From an uncultured virus (IMG/VR IMGVR_UViG_3300042450_001219) (taxonomy: Duplodnaviria > Heunggongvirae > Uroviricota > Caudoviricetes): 64,000 nt of DNA. The DNA lies in the IMG/VR virus record IMGVR_UViG_3300042450_001219, one strand, 5' to 3'. Both the position numbers and the translations under genes were made by a program. Under the pieces are notes generated by a model, which was not told where the DNA came from, ran no database searches, and saw only the letters and a list, made by a program, of their open reading frames with translations. Of this stretch, positions 1 to 10,466 are shown piece after piece (the stretch's first letter is position 1; every line of letters begins with the position of its first letter).

Positions 1-240
1 GGTGGGAAGAACGGCGGGAAGAATGGGAAGAACGGTGGGAAGAATGGTGGGAAGAACGGTGGGAAGAACGGTGGGAAGAATGGGAAGAACGGTGGGAAGA
101 ACGGCGGGAAGAATGGTGGGAAGAATGGTGGGAAGAACGGGAAGAACGGTGGGAAGAACGGTGGGAAGAATGGTGGGAAGAATGGTGGGAAGAACGGGAA
201 GAACGGTGGGAAGAACGGCGGGAAGAATGGGAAGAACGGT
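1..240. repeat. 9/12-bp tandem microrepeat (GGTGGGAAGAAY) encoding PPFF/PFF on the minus strand
   Basis: Directly visible repeat. Confidence 0.95.
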
Positions 241-1670
241 GCTATGGTAGTAATATTAGCACTATTATTTGAAGCCAAGGAAGTTCCATTAGCATTAGTT
301 GCTGTAGCTGAATATGTTTGAGAAGTATTTGCTGTATCAGCAATAACTACAGAAGTTGCATTAGCCGCTAAATTTCCAGATGAAGATCCATCTGATCCAG
401 TAACATTATGTCGTGTTAATGCAGATCCTCCAGAAGCTCCTATTTGCCAGTTAATTGTATTTTGATTAACACCAGCAGTTGCAGTGAGTGATTGTGGGGC
501 TTGAGGAACTGTGGTTGCTGTAATTGATGACGATGTTGTAGCTGTTGAAGTTCCGTTGGCATTTGTTGCTGTTACCGTAAAAGCATAAGAGGTTGCTGAA
601 AGAAGAGATTGAACAGTTACTGGAGAAGCTCCAGACCCTGAAAAGGAGCCAGATGTAGCAGTGTAAGATGTAATTGCAGAACCACCAGTTGCACCACCTG
701 TTGCTGTAATAGTAGCTGCACCATTATTGTATGGGCGTCCTGTTCCTACGTCTGCTACTGTTACTGTAGGTGCCTGTGGAACTGTTGTTGCAGTTATTGA
801 GTTTAATGCTGTGGCTGTTGAATTTCCGTTGGCATTTGTTGCTGTTAAGCTAAAAGTATATGCGGTAGCAGAAGCAAGACCTCCAACTGTTATAGGAGAA
901 GATCCAGATCCTGTAAGAGCGCCTGATGTAGCAGTGTAAGATGTAATTGCAGAGCCACCAGTTGCACCACCTGTTGCTGTAATAGTTGCTGCGCCATTAT
1001 TATATGGACGGCCTGTGCCTACGTTTACGGATGTTCCAGTTGGTGCTTGAGGAACTGTTGTTGCAGTTATTGAATTTGTTGTTGTGGCTGCTGAAGTTCC
1101 GTTTGCATTTGTTGCTGTTACGCTAAAAGTGTATGCAGTAGCAGAAGCTAATCCTGTAAATGTTATTGGTGATCCAGAATTAAAAGATCCTGTCGATGGA
1201 TTTGATGTGGCAGTGTAAGATGTAATTGCAGAACCACCAGTTCCTCCACCTGTTACCGTGATCGTTGCAGCACCATTGTTATATGGGCGGCCTGTGCCTA
1301 CGTTAACCGCTGTTACGGTTGGTGCTTGTGGAACTGTTGTTACGGTTACTGCAGCAGAGGCAGCAGATGCAGCAGAAGTTCCTGCAGCATTAGTTGCTGT
1401 TACTGTAAATGTTGGAGTTGCTCCTGAAGCAATTCCAGTTACTGTCAAGGGAGATGCTGCTCCACTTGCTGTTTGTCCTGTACTTGCTGTTACTGTAAAA
1501 GAAGTGGCATTAGGAGAAAGAGCTGGTAAAGAAAACGCTACAGATACGGCACCGTCATTGAATGCTCTTCCTGTTCCAACGTTTGTTCCAGAAACACCTG
1601 TTGGTGCTAATGGCTCCAAAAAGTCATTTGACGCTTGGGACTTTTTACCTATTCTCTTGCCTGATGCCAT
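1..1670 (-). CDS. Fibronectin type III-repeat virion/tail-associated protein with a (P)PFFP low-complexity tract; partial, runs off the left edge
   Basis: Not in the ORF track. ATG at 1670 reads MASGKRIGKKSQASNDFLEPLAPTGVSGTNVG. About 91-93 aa repeats (TVPQAP...NVGTGRPYNNGAATIT...GGSAITSYTATS), and the frame stays open to position 3, ending in PFFPPFFP repeats. Confidence 0.8.
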   Translation of the reverse strand, partial: MASGKRIGKKSQASNDFLEPLAPTGVSGTNVGTGRAFNDGAVSVAFSLPALSPNATSFTVTASTGQTASGAASPLTVTGIASGATPTFTVTATNAAGTSAASAASAAVTVTTVPQAPTVTAVNVGTGRPYNNGAATITVTGGGTGGSAITSYTATSNPSTGSFNSGSPITFTGLASATAYTFSVTATNANGTSAATTTNSITATTVPQAPTGTSVNVGTGRPYNNGAATITATGGATGGSAITSYTATSGALTGSGSSPITVGGLASATAYTFSLTATNANGNSTATALNSITATTVPQAPTVTVADVGTGRPYNNGAATITATGGATGGSAITSYTATSGSFSGSGASPVTVQSLLSATSYAFTVTATNANGTSTATTSSSITATTVPQAPQSLTATAGVNQNTINWQIGASGGSALTRHNVTGSDGSSSGNLAANATSVVIADTANTSQTYSATATNANGTSLASNNSANITTIAPFFPFFPPFFPPFFPFFPPFFPPFFPPFFPPFFPFFPPFFPPFFPPFFPPFFPFFPPFFPPFFPPFFPPFFPFFPPFFP

Positions 1671-1703
1671 TCTTAATCTCCCATTTCTTATTAAATATTT
1701 GTA

Positions 1704-4700
1704 TTACGCTGTCAAGTCTCCAAAGACAACCCATGTATTTGCTGCTCTCTTTAAGAGAGTTGCAGATGACCAAGTTGTGCGAAGCTTCAAGCCAGGTGTT
1801 GCATTTACTGTAACTGTTTCAGATACTGGGGCAATTGTTACTTGTCCCGCTCCAGTTTGAAGAATATCAATTGATGTTCCAATTGGATAATTTAGTGTAG
1901 CATCTGTTGGAATTGTAAGGGTAATTGGTGATGCTGAACCCATTTCAATTAGATCATCTCTTTCAGTTAATGATGAAAGTGTGTATGATGCTGTCTTTTG
2001 TGAAATTGGTGTTAAGGAATCTACCTTAAGTCCAAGGCTAGTTGTTACTGATGCCGCAAAGTTTGCGTCATCACCAAGTGCTGCAGCAAGCTCATCAAGT
2101 GTGTTTAATGCTGCTGGCGCACCAGTTAGCAGTGCGTTTACTTGCGATGTTGCATCTGAGATTGCTTCTGCCTTTGCAGTTGCAATTGCTGAGGCCTGTG
2201 CAGTAGACACTGGCTTTGCTGTATCTGCTGTGTTATCAACAGAACCTAACCCAACCATAGATTTTGTAATACCAGATACAGTTCCTGTAAATACTGGATT
2301 GTTTCTTGGTGCAACCTCATCATTTACAGCTAGTCTATTGCCGTTGGCGTATAATGTTCCACCGCTGAATTTTATATTAGATGTGAAGGCGTTACCTGAA
2401 ATATGATCTGTTCCTTCAATGTTAATTCCATTTGATCCCATATTTAATTTTGGAATTGTTACTGTTCCAGTAAATGTAGGGCTTGCTATTGGAGCTTTTA
2501 ATGCTACATTAGAAATTGTTTCGTATGTAGATGCTGCTGTTGCTGAAGCAAGTTTTGTATCAATTTGAGTTTGAATTGCTGAAGTTACTCCATTAACATA
2601 TCCAATTTCAGTTGAATCAACTGTTGAAGATATTGCTAGCTTAGTCCAATCAATTGCTGCTTCTGCATTAATATCACTATTAGCAATTGTTCCAGCAACA
2701 ATTTTTGCTGATGTGATTGAATCATCTGCAATTTTAGCAGTAGTAACTGCTGCATCTGCAATTTTTGCTGTTGATATTGCTAAATCTGCAACATCTGCTG
2801 TTGCAACTGCTCCGTCAGCAATCATTCCAGATGTAACTGTTCCGACTGGAAGAGTTACTGTACCAGTAAATGTTGGTGAGGCTAGAGGGGCTTTGCTATC
2901 AATCTGAGTCTGAATAGATGACGTAACTCCATTTACATATCCAAGCTCTGATAGATCAACTAAGCCTATTGATGTTGTTGAAGGCAATACAACCGTGCCA
3001 GTAAATGTTGGAGAATTTAGCGGTGCTTTTAGATCCAGGGCTGTTTGAGTAGCAGTAGAAATTGGTTTAGCTAAATCCGAAGTATCGTTAGCGTTTGTTA
3101 AGCCTACCATTGCCTTTGTAATACCAGACACTGTACCAGTAAATGTTGGTGAAGCTAGTGGGGCCTTTAGATCAAGAGCTGACTGAGCAGCAGTTGAAAC
3201 TGGCTTTTCTGCATCTGTTGTGTTATCAACAGACCCTAGTCCAACCATAGACTTTGTAATACCAGATACAGTTCCTGTAAATGTAGGTGAGGCTAGCGGA
3301 GCCTTTAGATCAAGAGCTGTGTCGAGGCCTGAGATTTTAGATGTTGCAATTGCTGCTGCTCCGCTAATGTCTGAATCTACAATTGCTCCGTCGGCAATCA
3401 TTCCAGATGTAACTGTTCCAGCTGGAAGAGTTACGGTTCCTGTAAATGTAGGTGAGGCTAGAGGGGCTTTTAGACCAAGCGCTGTGTCTAGGCCTGCAAT
3501 CTTTGATGTTGCAATTTCTGCGGCTGCATTAATATCTGCATTCATGATTGCTCCGTCGGCAATCATTCCAGATGTAACTGTTCCAGCTGGAAGAGTTACG
3601 GTTCCTGTAAATGTAGGTGAGGCTAGAGGGGCTTTTAGATCAAGAGCTGACTGAGCAGCAGTTGAAACTGGCTTTGCAGAATCAGCTGTATTGTCTACAT
3701 TTGAAAGTCCAACATCTGATTTTGTAATACCAGTAGGTGTGTTAATTATTGGCGAGTTCAAAGTTTTATTTGTAAGATTTTGAGTTTCTGTTGTTCCAAC
3801 GACTACATCTGGAAGGCTTTTTCCAAAAATAGTAGTCAATGTTAATACTTCAATGTTGTTTATTTTAATAGATTTATCTGCAGGGATATTAATATTTTCT
3901 GAAACATCCCATGCTGATTTTGCAACGCTATATTTGATTGATTTATCAGTTGTTCCCTTTAATATAATTCCGCCGTTATCTGCAGCGGCATCTGTTGGGC
4001 TTGATGTCTGTCCCAAAACAATATCTTTATCTTGAACTGTAAGTGTAGTTGAATTAATAGTTGAAGTTGTTCCATTTACTGTCAAGTTTCCAGAAAGAGT
4101 TAAATTAACTGCAGTTGCATCGCCAGTAAGAGCTGGTGAAGATAGGGGTGCTTTTAAGTCTAACGCTGTAAGTGTGGCAGAAGAAACTGGCTTAGATAAG
4201 TCTGAAGTATTATCTACATTTGAAAGCCCAACTGAAGATTTTGTAAGGGCAGATACTGCGGTTGAAACTGCTGAATTTGCATATGTTTTTGTAGCAAGCT
4301 CTGCTGTATCTGCAATGCCGTGTACTCCTGTTGTGTCAACATCGTGAGTTGAAAGTGCGGTTCCTGCTGCAGTAGCGGCTGCAGAAATTGCTTCTGATTT
4401 AGCAGTTGCTACGTTTGCTGTAGTTGCTAGAAGTGAAGTGTCAGCAATTCCGTGTACGTTTGTTGTATCTGCTTCGTGAGTTGAAAGTGCGGTTCCTGCT
4501 GCAGTAGCGGCTGCAGAAATTGCTTCTGATTTAGCAGTTGCTACGTTTGCTGTAGTTGCTAGAAGTGAAGTGTCAGCAATTCCGTGTACGTTTGTTGTAT
4601 CTGCTTCGTGAGTAGCAATTGCTGCTGAGATTGCTGCTGTGGCGGATATTTCTCTCCAGTTGCCATTTGTGCTTGCAGGGGAAGAGGCAAGTACATATGT

Positions 4701-5063
4701 TGTTCCATTGTCTGACTGGATTGCAATATCGCCAGGTTCTGCGGTTAAAGCCAAACGTGCAGCTTCATTTGCTGCTGAAGAAACTGTAACTTTTGCTAAT
4801 GGGGGTAGCTGTGCTGATGGAATAAATCCTGATGAGTCCAATGACGCAACACCATTTGCAACACCTTTAGTGCTTAAAAGAATATAATCGTCTACTGTTT
4901 GTGAGAGAGCATAGCTTAGTGAATTCCAAGGGGTGCTTCCATCTCCAAATTTAAAAGTATTAGTATCTGTTTCAATACCAATTTCTCCTGGTGCTAGTGT
5001 TGGGTTGGCGGCAACCCATTGATCTGCTTCGCCTCTTCTTAATTGTAATCTTACTGTTGCCAT
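1704..5063 (-). CDS. Tail fibre-like protein with an Mtd_N/hyaluronidase-type N-terminal domain and KAPLASPTFTGTV repeats
   Basis: N-terminus LQLRRG...W...NPTLAPGEIGIETDT..FKFGDG; repeated SPTFTGTV and VGLxNVDNT motifs; APAALNTLDELAAALGDD motif. Confidence 0.8.
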   Translation of the reverse strand: MATVRLQLRRGEADQWVAANPTLAPGEIGIETDTNTFKFGDGSTPWNSLSYALSQTVDDYILLSTKGVANGVASLDSSGFIPSAQLPPLAKVTVSSAANEAARLALTAEPGDIAIQSDNGTTYVLASSPASTNGNWREISATAAISAAIATHEADTTNVHGIADTSLLATTANVATAKSEAISAAATAAGTALSTHEADTTNVHGIADTSLLATTANVATAKSEAISAAATAAGTALSTHDVDTTGVHGIADTAELATKTYANSAVSTAVSALTKSSVGLSNVDNTSDLSKPVSSATLTALDLKAPLSSPALTGDATAVNLTLSGNLTVNGTTSTINSTTLTVQDKDIVLGQTSSPTDAAADNGGIILKGTTDKSIKYSVAKSAWDVSENINIPADKSIKINNIEVLTLTTIFGKSLPDVVVGTTETQNLTNKTLNSPIINTPTGITKSDVGLSNVDNTADSAKPVSTAAQSALDLKAPLASPTFTGTVTLPAGTVTSGMIADGAIMNADINAAAEIATSKIAGLDTALGLKAPLASPTFTGTVTLPAGTVTSGMIADGAIVDSDISGAAAIATSKISGLDTALDLKAPLASPTFTGTVSGITKSMVGLGSVDNTTDAEKPVSTAAQSALDLKAPLASPTFTGTVSGITKAMVGLTNANDTSDLAKPISTATQTALDLKAPLNSPTFTGTVVLPSTTSIGLVDLSELGYVNGVTSSIQTQIDSKAPLASPTFTGTVTLPVGTVTSGMIADGAVATADVADLAISTAKIADAAVTTAKIADDSITSAKIVAGTIANSDINAEAAIDWTKLAISSTVDSTEIGYVNGVTSAIQTQIDTKLASATAASTYETISNVALKAPIASPTFTGTVTIPKLNMGSNGINIEGTDHISGNAFTSNIKFSGGTLYANGNRLAVNDEVAPRNNPVFTGTVSGITKSMVGLGSVDNTADTAKPVSTAQASAIATAKAEAISDATSQVNALLTGAPAALNTLDELAAALGDDANFAASVTTSLGLKVDSLTPISQKTASYTLSSLTERDDLIEMGSASPITLTIPTDATLNYPIGTSIDILQTGAGQVTIAPVSETVTVNATPGLKLRTTWSSATLLKRAANTWVVFGDLTA
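4342..4613. repeat. Exact 132-bp (44-aa) tandem duplication inside the tail fibre gene
   Basis: HEADTTNVHGIADTSLLATTANVATAKSEAISAAATAAGTALST occurs twice with identical DNA. Confidence 0.9.
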
Positions 5064-5116
5064 TTTGTTACCCCTTATATATTTTATTTATACTGCTTAT
5101 TGTATCATTTATTGCT

Positions 5117-5482
5117 TTAAGATATGACTCCAGAGTCAAAAACCATAGAAACATCGGCATCTGTAGAAGATGGAGATCCACCATCTACAAACTTGCTTGT
5201 TACTTCAGGAGTAACTCCATTTGCCTGCACTGTGTAGATTGGTTCTCCGTTATAATCAATGGCCAATCCGATATCCATAAAGCTAATTTGTGAAGCTGGA
5301 TCTGGTATATCTGAATTAAAAGCTATTGGGGTCCATGTCCCATTTAGCTGAATTTGTAGCTTATTTGTTGCTGTATCAAATCTAAGGGGGGTTTGTCCTA
5401 AAACGACGTTAGACCCAAATGTGGCAGTACCTGCTACATTGAGTCCATTTTTTACTTTAAAATTCTTATTTTCTGTTGCCAT
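5117..5482 (-). CDS. Putative virion structural protein
   Basis: N-terminus MATENKNFKVKNGL is shared with the next gene; lies in the tail module. Confidence 0.6.
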   Translation of the reverse strand: MATENKNFKVKNGLNVAGTATFGSNVVLGQTPLRFDTATNKLQIQLNGTWTPIAFNSDIPDPASQISFMDIGLAIDYNGEPIYTVQANGVTPEVTSKFVDGGSPSSTDADVSMVFDSGVIS

Positions 5483-5551
5483 TTAAGTTCACATATCCCC
5501 TAAGTGTTTTGGTGGGGTTTTTAAAAGGAACCCCATAACCTTGTTATTTAA

Positions 5552-7042
5552 TTATTTAATAAGTGTTGCTACTACGGTTACTGTTGTATTTGCATAAACA
5601 GTATTTACTTCTATTCCAATGTTTCCCGCCACATATGAGGCAGTAATTGTTCCAAGGGAACCATTTGTGCCAGTCTCAGCAAAATCAGTAATTGCTATAT
5701 TATTTGATGAGTCTGTAGTTAGTAGAATTTCTGAAATTTGTGAATGTGTTGCTGTTGCAAACTTTACCCACAATTTAGCTGTTGGATAGTCTGACTTAGC
5801 CCATGACATTACAGAAGAGCCTGTTGCTATTGAAGCAAGAACTGCCTGGGCTGCCCGCTGTGAAACTAGGTCATTTACGTTTACTGCTGTAAACTTTGTA
5901 GTACCATTCTTTACTGCAGTAAGTGCTGATGCTGCTGTAGCCTCTGCTGCTGCTTGAGCTGCGTTAGCCTTTGTGGTAGCATCTGCTGATGCTGTAGCCT
6001 CTGCTGCTGCTTGAGCTGCGTTAGCTTTTGTAGTAGCATCTGTCGCTGCTGTAGTAGTTGCTGCTGACTGAGCTGCGTTAGCCTTTGTAGTAGCATCTGC
6101 TGCTGCTGTGGCTTCTGCTGCTGCTTGAGCTGCATCTGCTTCTGCTTTTGCAAATGCTGTAGTTGCAATCTGAGTTGTGTCAGTGTTTGCTGCTGCAGTA
6201 GGTGCTGTTGGCACACCAGTAAGTGCTGGTGAAGCAAGAGGGGCCTTTGTTCCCAAGGCTGTGGTAATAGTTGTTGTGTAATTGGCATCATCATTAATTG
6301 CTGCTGCTAATTCATTTAATGTATTAAGAAGTGATGGTGCTCCGTCAACAAGGTTGTCTACCGCAGTTGAAATTGCTGTATTTCGGTTTGAAACTTCTGT
6401 TGAAATTGCAGAGGCTAATGCTGAGTTTGCTGCTGTTGCTGCTGCTGAAATTGCTGCTGCCTGGGCTGCGTTAGCTTTTGTGGTAGCGTCTGCTGCTGCT
6501 GTGGCCTCTGCTGCTGCCTGGGCTGCGTTAGCCTTTGTAGTAGCATCTGTTGCTGCTGCAGTCTGTGCTGCTGAAGCTGCACCGTATGCATCATAAGTAT
6601 TTGCAGTTACAGATATTGCACCTGTTGTGTCATTGTATGAAAGACCAGTGCCTAAAGAATTACCTATAGCATCTTGAGCTCTTTCATCTGTGTAATATTT
6701 ATTTGTTGATCCTTCTGAGATCTCGTCTGAACTATGTCCTGAAAGGCTTGATACTGTTCCAGCTTGACCGCTTACGTTACCAGTTACATCACCAGTTACG
6801 TTACCAGTAAGGTTACCCGTAAATGTTGCAGTAATTGTTCCTGCAGCAAAATTTCCGTTGGCATCTCTTTTTACAACAGTATTAGCTGTATTGGCTGAGG
6901 TTGCTGTACCACCAATAATACTAACAATGTAGTCTTGGTCCGCTTGGGCCTTTGTTAATACATCAAAACCATTGACGGTGGCCGAACCACCTTCAACGAT
7001 CAGACCATTTTTAACTCTAAAATTTTTATTTACTGTTGCCAT
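5552..7042 (-). CDS. Tail fibre-like protein with Ala-rich DATTKANAAQ repeats
   Basis: VVKRDANGNFAAG, YYTDERAQDA, APSLLNTLNELAAAINDD and SPALTGVPTAPT motifs. Confidence 0.7.
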   Translation of the reverse strand: MATVNKNFRVKNGLIVEGGSATVNGFDVLTKAQADQDYIVSIIGGTATSANTANTVVKRDANGNFAAGTITATFTGNLTGNVTGDVTGNVSGQAGTVSSLSGHSSDEISEGSTNKYYTDERAQDAIGNSLGTGLSYNDTTGAISVTANTYDAYGAASAAQTAAATDATTKANAAQAAAEATAAADATTKANAAQAAAISAAATAANSALASAISTEVSNRNTAISTAVDNLVDGAPSLLNTLNELAAAINDDANYTTTITTALGTKAPLASPALTGVPTAPTAAANTDTTQIATTAFAKAEADAAQAAAEATAAADATTKANAAQSAATTTAATDATTKANAAQAAAEATASADATTKANAAQAAAEATAASALTAVKNGTTKFTAVNVNDLVSQRAAQAVLASIATGSSVMSWAKSDYPTAKLWVKFATATHSQISEILLTTDSSNNIAITDFAETGTNGSLGTITASYVAGNIGIEVNTVYANTTVTVVATLIK

Positions 7043-7068
7043 TGATATGACTCCCTTTTACTGCTTTT

Positions 7069-7620
7069 TTATGCTTTTAGTGCTGTTCTAAAATATCTTA
7101 CTCTTATTGAGCCTGATATTGGCGCAACACATAGACTTATTATACCGCTATTTTCTTCAAAAGTTATATTACCCAAAACATCATTTGTATTTGAAATAAC
7201 ATTAGATTCGGACATGTAGACATTCGTTCCATCATTTAGAATCAGTACTGTTGAGCTTGTAGTTAAGTTTCCAGCCTGCTTATCAATCTGAATTTTATAC
7301 TCAACTGTTTTGTAAACATTTTTAGAAAACGAATCAATAGTTGTTTTGTTCTCTATACCGTTTATAGTTAAATCATTATTGCCATCTAGCCCCAAAAGTT
7401 CTGAAGCGTTTTCTGCATCAAGGGTAGCTAAGTTTGTTTCTAGCTGAGAAACCTTATAGTCTATTGAATTTACATCTGATGATCCGTTTACGCCTAGCTT
7501 GTTTTCAATTGCTTCAATTGCATCATTGACGTTGCCATGCAGAGACGCATGGCCTTCCATTGATTCAGTTGCGGCTGGATTAGTAAAGTTATCTTTTGAT
7601 GTAGGATAATTAGTCGCCAA
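7069..7620 (-). CDS. Putative virion structural protein
   Basis: ORF; TTG start at 7620 follows GGAGG; NDAIEAIENKLG motif seen in tail proteins. Confidence 0.6.
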   Translation of the reverse strand: MATNYPTSKDNFTNPAATESMEGHASLHGNVNDAIEAIENKLGVNGSSDVNSIDYKVSQLETNLATLDAENASELLGLDGNNDLTINGIENKTTIDSFSKNVYKTVEYKIQIDKQAGNLTTSSTVLILNDGTNVYMSESNVISNTNDVLGNITFEENSGIISLCVAPISGSIRVRYFRTALKA

Positions 7621-7984
7621 TTTGGCCTCCATCCAACAATGTTAACTGCGTGTAACTTGCATTTACATACGATGATGTTGGAGTACCACCGTCTATGCCT
7701 ATTATAGCAGGACTTGTTTCTAAAACTCCTGCGTTATTGTTAATATCAGAAAAATCAATTGTTTCTTGTAAATTAACTGTATGTACATTTCCATCATAAG
7801 AGTGAGTGTGCATATAAAATGGAGCGGGATCAGTAGAGCCAGGAGTTAAGTCAACCCACACTGCACCATTGTATATCTTAATGTTTTTACTTGTTACATT
7901 AAAATACACGTCTCCAGTTGACCCAATTACAGGATCTTCTGGAAGTGTAAGTAGATTTAATAATGACTTAAACTTTTTGGCCAT
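7610..7984 (-). CDS. Putative virion structural protein
   Basis: GDVYFN...IYNGAVW motif; tail module. Confidence 0.55.
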   Translation of the reverse strand: MAKKFKSLLNLLTLPEDPVIGSTGDVYFNVTSKNIKIYNGAVWVDLTPGSTDPAPFYMHTHSYDGNVHTVNLQETIDFSDINNNAGVLETSPAIIGIDGGTPTSSYVNASYTQLTLLDGGQIGD

Positions 7985-7993
7985 TTGAAATCC

Positions 7994-9289
7994 TTATCCT
8001 ATTACAACTACTCTATATTCTCCAATTGCTGGTGCAACTGCAAATCTAATAGTTACAACTGAATCTGATGTATGCTCAATGTCTGCCTCAATTTGTGCAT
8101 ATGGAGAAGCAACTTCATATATAGCAGCCACAACATCTTTTGTTCCTAAATTGTGAGTTACTGTATAAGATGTTGCTGAAGTATTAAGAGTTGTCTTATA
8201 CTTTCTTGTTATCTCATGATAATTTGTTCCATCATTAGTTAGTGTCCACTGATCTGATGTTTCATTCCACAATATTTCTGCATCTGCAGATGTTCCTCGT
8301 TCTACACGAATTCCAGCATCGACTGTTGGTGCTCCTGCAAAATCGGTATTTAGGTTAATCTTATTGTCAACAATATTTACCTGAGTAGTATTTACTGAGT
8401 TAATTGTTCCAGTTACATTCAAATTACCGCCAACTGTTAAATTATTAGTAATTGTTACGTCATCTGGCAATCCAATTGTTACGGCTGCTGACTCTCCGCT
8501 ATTTGGAGAAACAGTAACTTCATTGGCTGTGCCAACAATTGTTGCTACATAATCTCCAGTTGTATCTGTTCCAAGGGCAATTGAGTTTGGCTCAATTGTG
8601 GTTGATATTGTTACGTCTCCCAAATTGGTCATTGTTGCAGAACCAGTTACATCTCCTGAAAGTGTAATTACTGGATCTTTATTGAGAGATACTGCTCCTG
8701 CTGTAACTGTAAAATCTGTTGAATTAAATGAAGCAACACCCTTATTTGTATAAGTTGCATCTTCTGCAGATACCGTAATTGTGTTATTTGTTACCGCTAC
8801 ATCAATTCCTTCTCCGCCAGATACTGTAAGAGTGTCTGTAAGAAGATCGACTGTGTCTGTTCCAGTGTCTCCAGCAACTGAAAGATTAGTTGCTACGCTA
8901 ACTGTTCCTGCTGCAGTTAAACGACCTTGAGCGTCAACTGTAAATGTAGGAATTGCTGTTGTTGATCCATATGAACCAGCAGTTACAGCGGTATCGTCTA
9001 AATCAATTGTTGTTGTTCCAGCTGGGTCTCCGTATGTTGCTGTTAAGCCAACTCCGCCAACAATAGATGAACCGATTACATCTTGTATAACTTCTGTAGA
9101 GCCAGACATTGGCATCCATGGACCATTAGGTGATGATAGTCCATTATAGTAATACATTGTGTTATTTGATGTATCGTAGTAAATCTGTCCAACTACTGGA
9201 TTTGAAGGTGCTGAACCTAAGTTTTGGATTCTAGCATTGAGCAACTCATTCTTGTTGAGATCAACGCTAACTAAAAATTTTCTTGCCAT
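7994..9289 (-). CDS. Putative tail/virion structural protein
   Basis: Thr/Gly-rich; [19 protein letters not shown] and HNLGTKDV motifs. Confidence 0.65.
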   Translation of the reverse strand: MARKFLVSVDLNKNELLNARIQNLGSAPSNPVVGQIYYDTSNNTMYYYNGLSSPNGPWMPMSGSTEVIQDVIGSSIVGGVGLTATYGDPAGTTTIDLDDTAVTAGSYGSTTAIPTFTVDAQGRLTAAGTVSVATNLSVAGDTGTDTVDLLTDTLTVSGGEGIDVAVTNNTITVSAEDATYTNKGVASFNSTDFTVTAGAVSLNKDPVITLSGDVTGSATMTNLGDVTISTTIEPNSIALGTDTTGDYVATIVGTANEVTVSPNSGESAAVTIGLPDDVTITNNLTVGGNLNVTGTINSVNTTQVNIVDNKINLNTDFAGAPTVDAGIRVERGTSADAEILWNETSDQWTLTNDGTNYHEITRKYKTTLNTSATSYTVTHNLGTKDVVAAIYEVASPYAQIEADIEHTSDSVVTIRFAVAPAIGEYRVVVIG

Positions 9290-9300
9290 TTGCTATCTCC

Positions 9301-9741
9301 TTATGACAGGTATGCTGTCCCTGAAAATGGTTGAGCCATTGTCAGTGTTATTTGGTTATTACTATTGTAATCTATTCCAGTTTCTAAAATATCTCCTGCG
9401 CTTGATTTAACTGTAACGTTTGGTTGATACCCAAGCCCATGGCTAATAACAACAGAATACACACCTAGGGTTGGCCCAGTGACCTGAGCGAGCTCCCAAG
9501 AATAAGCTAATGTATTATTTGTTAAAAATATTTTAGTAGATCCTGACCATGTTAAATCAGAAACTTTTGGTCCGTGAAAAGCAGAAGATACCGTGTCGTA
9601 ATAAAAATCTCCAGTAAGTCCTAAATTTGCTGCAGGATCTCCAGATCCATTTAGAATAGTTCTTCCTCTTGGGCCTTGTGGTCCAGGTGAAGAAATTATG
9701 ACTTTGTTTATTTGTTCTTTAACAACTACGGATTCTACCAT
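9301..9741 (-). CDS. Putative virion structural protein (short collagen-like GPQGPRG)
   Basis: ORF with RBS in the tail module. Confidence 0.55.
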   Translation of the reverse strand: MVESVVVKEQINKVIISSPGPQGPRGRTILNGSGDPAANLGLTGDFYYDTVSSAFHGPKVSDLTWSGSTKIFLTNNTLAYSWELAQVTGPTLGVYSVVISHGLGYQPNVTVKSSAGDILETGIDYNSNNQITLTMAQPFSGTAYLS

Positions 9742-10088
9742 TATATGGTCACCGACCTATTTAGGGTTATAAACCCTTCAAGGAGTTTTATTTTATTCGC
9801 ATTAGAATCTACGACCATGATGTCATATACAGACTTTGGGTAAAAGAGTTTATTTGTTTGAGTTGGTGTAAGTGTTACAGTTACTTTTCCAAGTGGGCCA
9901 TTTATTACTATTCCGCCACTTGGAGATGTTAAAGTTACTGCTAGCTTTGTTCCACCTTTTACATCACGTACCTGCATTTTTGCAGATGCGCCAGTAAGAT
10001 CAATCGCATTACCATTGTCGTCTTTATATTCTACTACAAAGCTAAATGTTGCATTCTGATCTACTTCGAAATTCTTTTGTCCTGCCAT
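9741..10088 (-). CDS. Baseplate/tail-associated beta-sandwich protein (BppU/LtfC-like)
   Basis: DQNATF...IDLTGASAKMQVR...YDI motif pattern. Confidence 0.6.
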   Translation of the reverse strand: MAGQKNFEVDQNATFSFVVEYKDDNGNAIDLTGASAKMQVRDVKGGTKLAVTLTSPSGGIVINGPLGKVTVTLTPTQTNKLFYPKSVYDIMVVDSNANKIKLLEGFITLNRSVTI

Positions 10089-10102
10089 TTGCCATAGTCT
10101 CC

Positions 10103-10148
10103 TAAATAGGAATACTCCTGTACTAATTTTAGCACAGGAGTATTTCTA
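10103..10148 (-). terminator. Intergenic stem-loop, probable terminator
   Basis: AATACTCCTGT...ACAGGAGTATT inverted repeat. Confidence 0.5.
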
Positions 10149-10160
10149 ATCGACTATTTT

Positions 10161-10394
10161 TTACTTATTTGTAAATCCGAACGATGGCTCGTTTGGATTA
10201 AGTGCTTTCAAAATTACGGGTGCTGTGGCAGCAAATCCGCCAAGTAGTAGGTCTCTTGGACTAGTGTTGCCAGTCATGTAGAGAGCAATTGCGGCTCCCA
10301 AGAAATGACGTCCATAACTTGCTAGTGCTGCTAGAATTTTCTCTTGCATTGTAACCTTTCCATCTCCATTAAGATCTTCTTTAGCTTTTGCCAT
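10161..10394 (-). CDS. Small membrane protein, holin-like
   Basis: Two hydrophobic segments; ALNPNEPSFG C-terminus; DLNGDGKV N-terminal motif. Confidence 0.5.
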   Translation of the reverse strand: MAKAKEDLNGDGKVTMQEKILAALASYGRHFLGAAIALYMTGNTSPRDLLLGGFAATAPVILKALNPNEPSFGFTNK

Positions 10395-10466
10395 TTTTGA
10401 TCCTCCTTATTTCTAGGCGGTAAGCCTAGGAATTTTGAGCCTTAGCCCAATTCTATAATTGTACCA

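Noticed and set aside
2..250. Plus-strand 82-aa MGRT-repeat ORF
   Set aside because: It is the antisense shadow of the PPFF tract of the minus-strand FN3 gene.
1704..5063. Diversity-generating retroelement suggested by the Mtd-like N-terminus
   Set aside because: No reverse transcriptase, and no template/variable repeat pair with adenine-specific differences, is visible in the window.
727..6596. Many plus-strand Ala/Val-rich ORFs (also 41105-41968 and 43773-44297)
   Set aside because: They are antisense shadows of long minus-strand genes with biased codon use and have no RBS or motifs.
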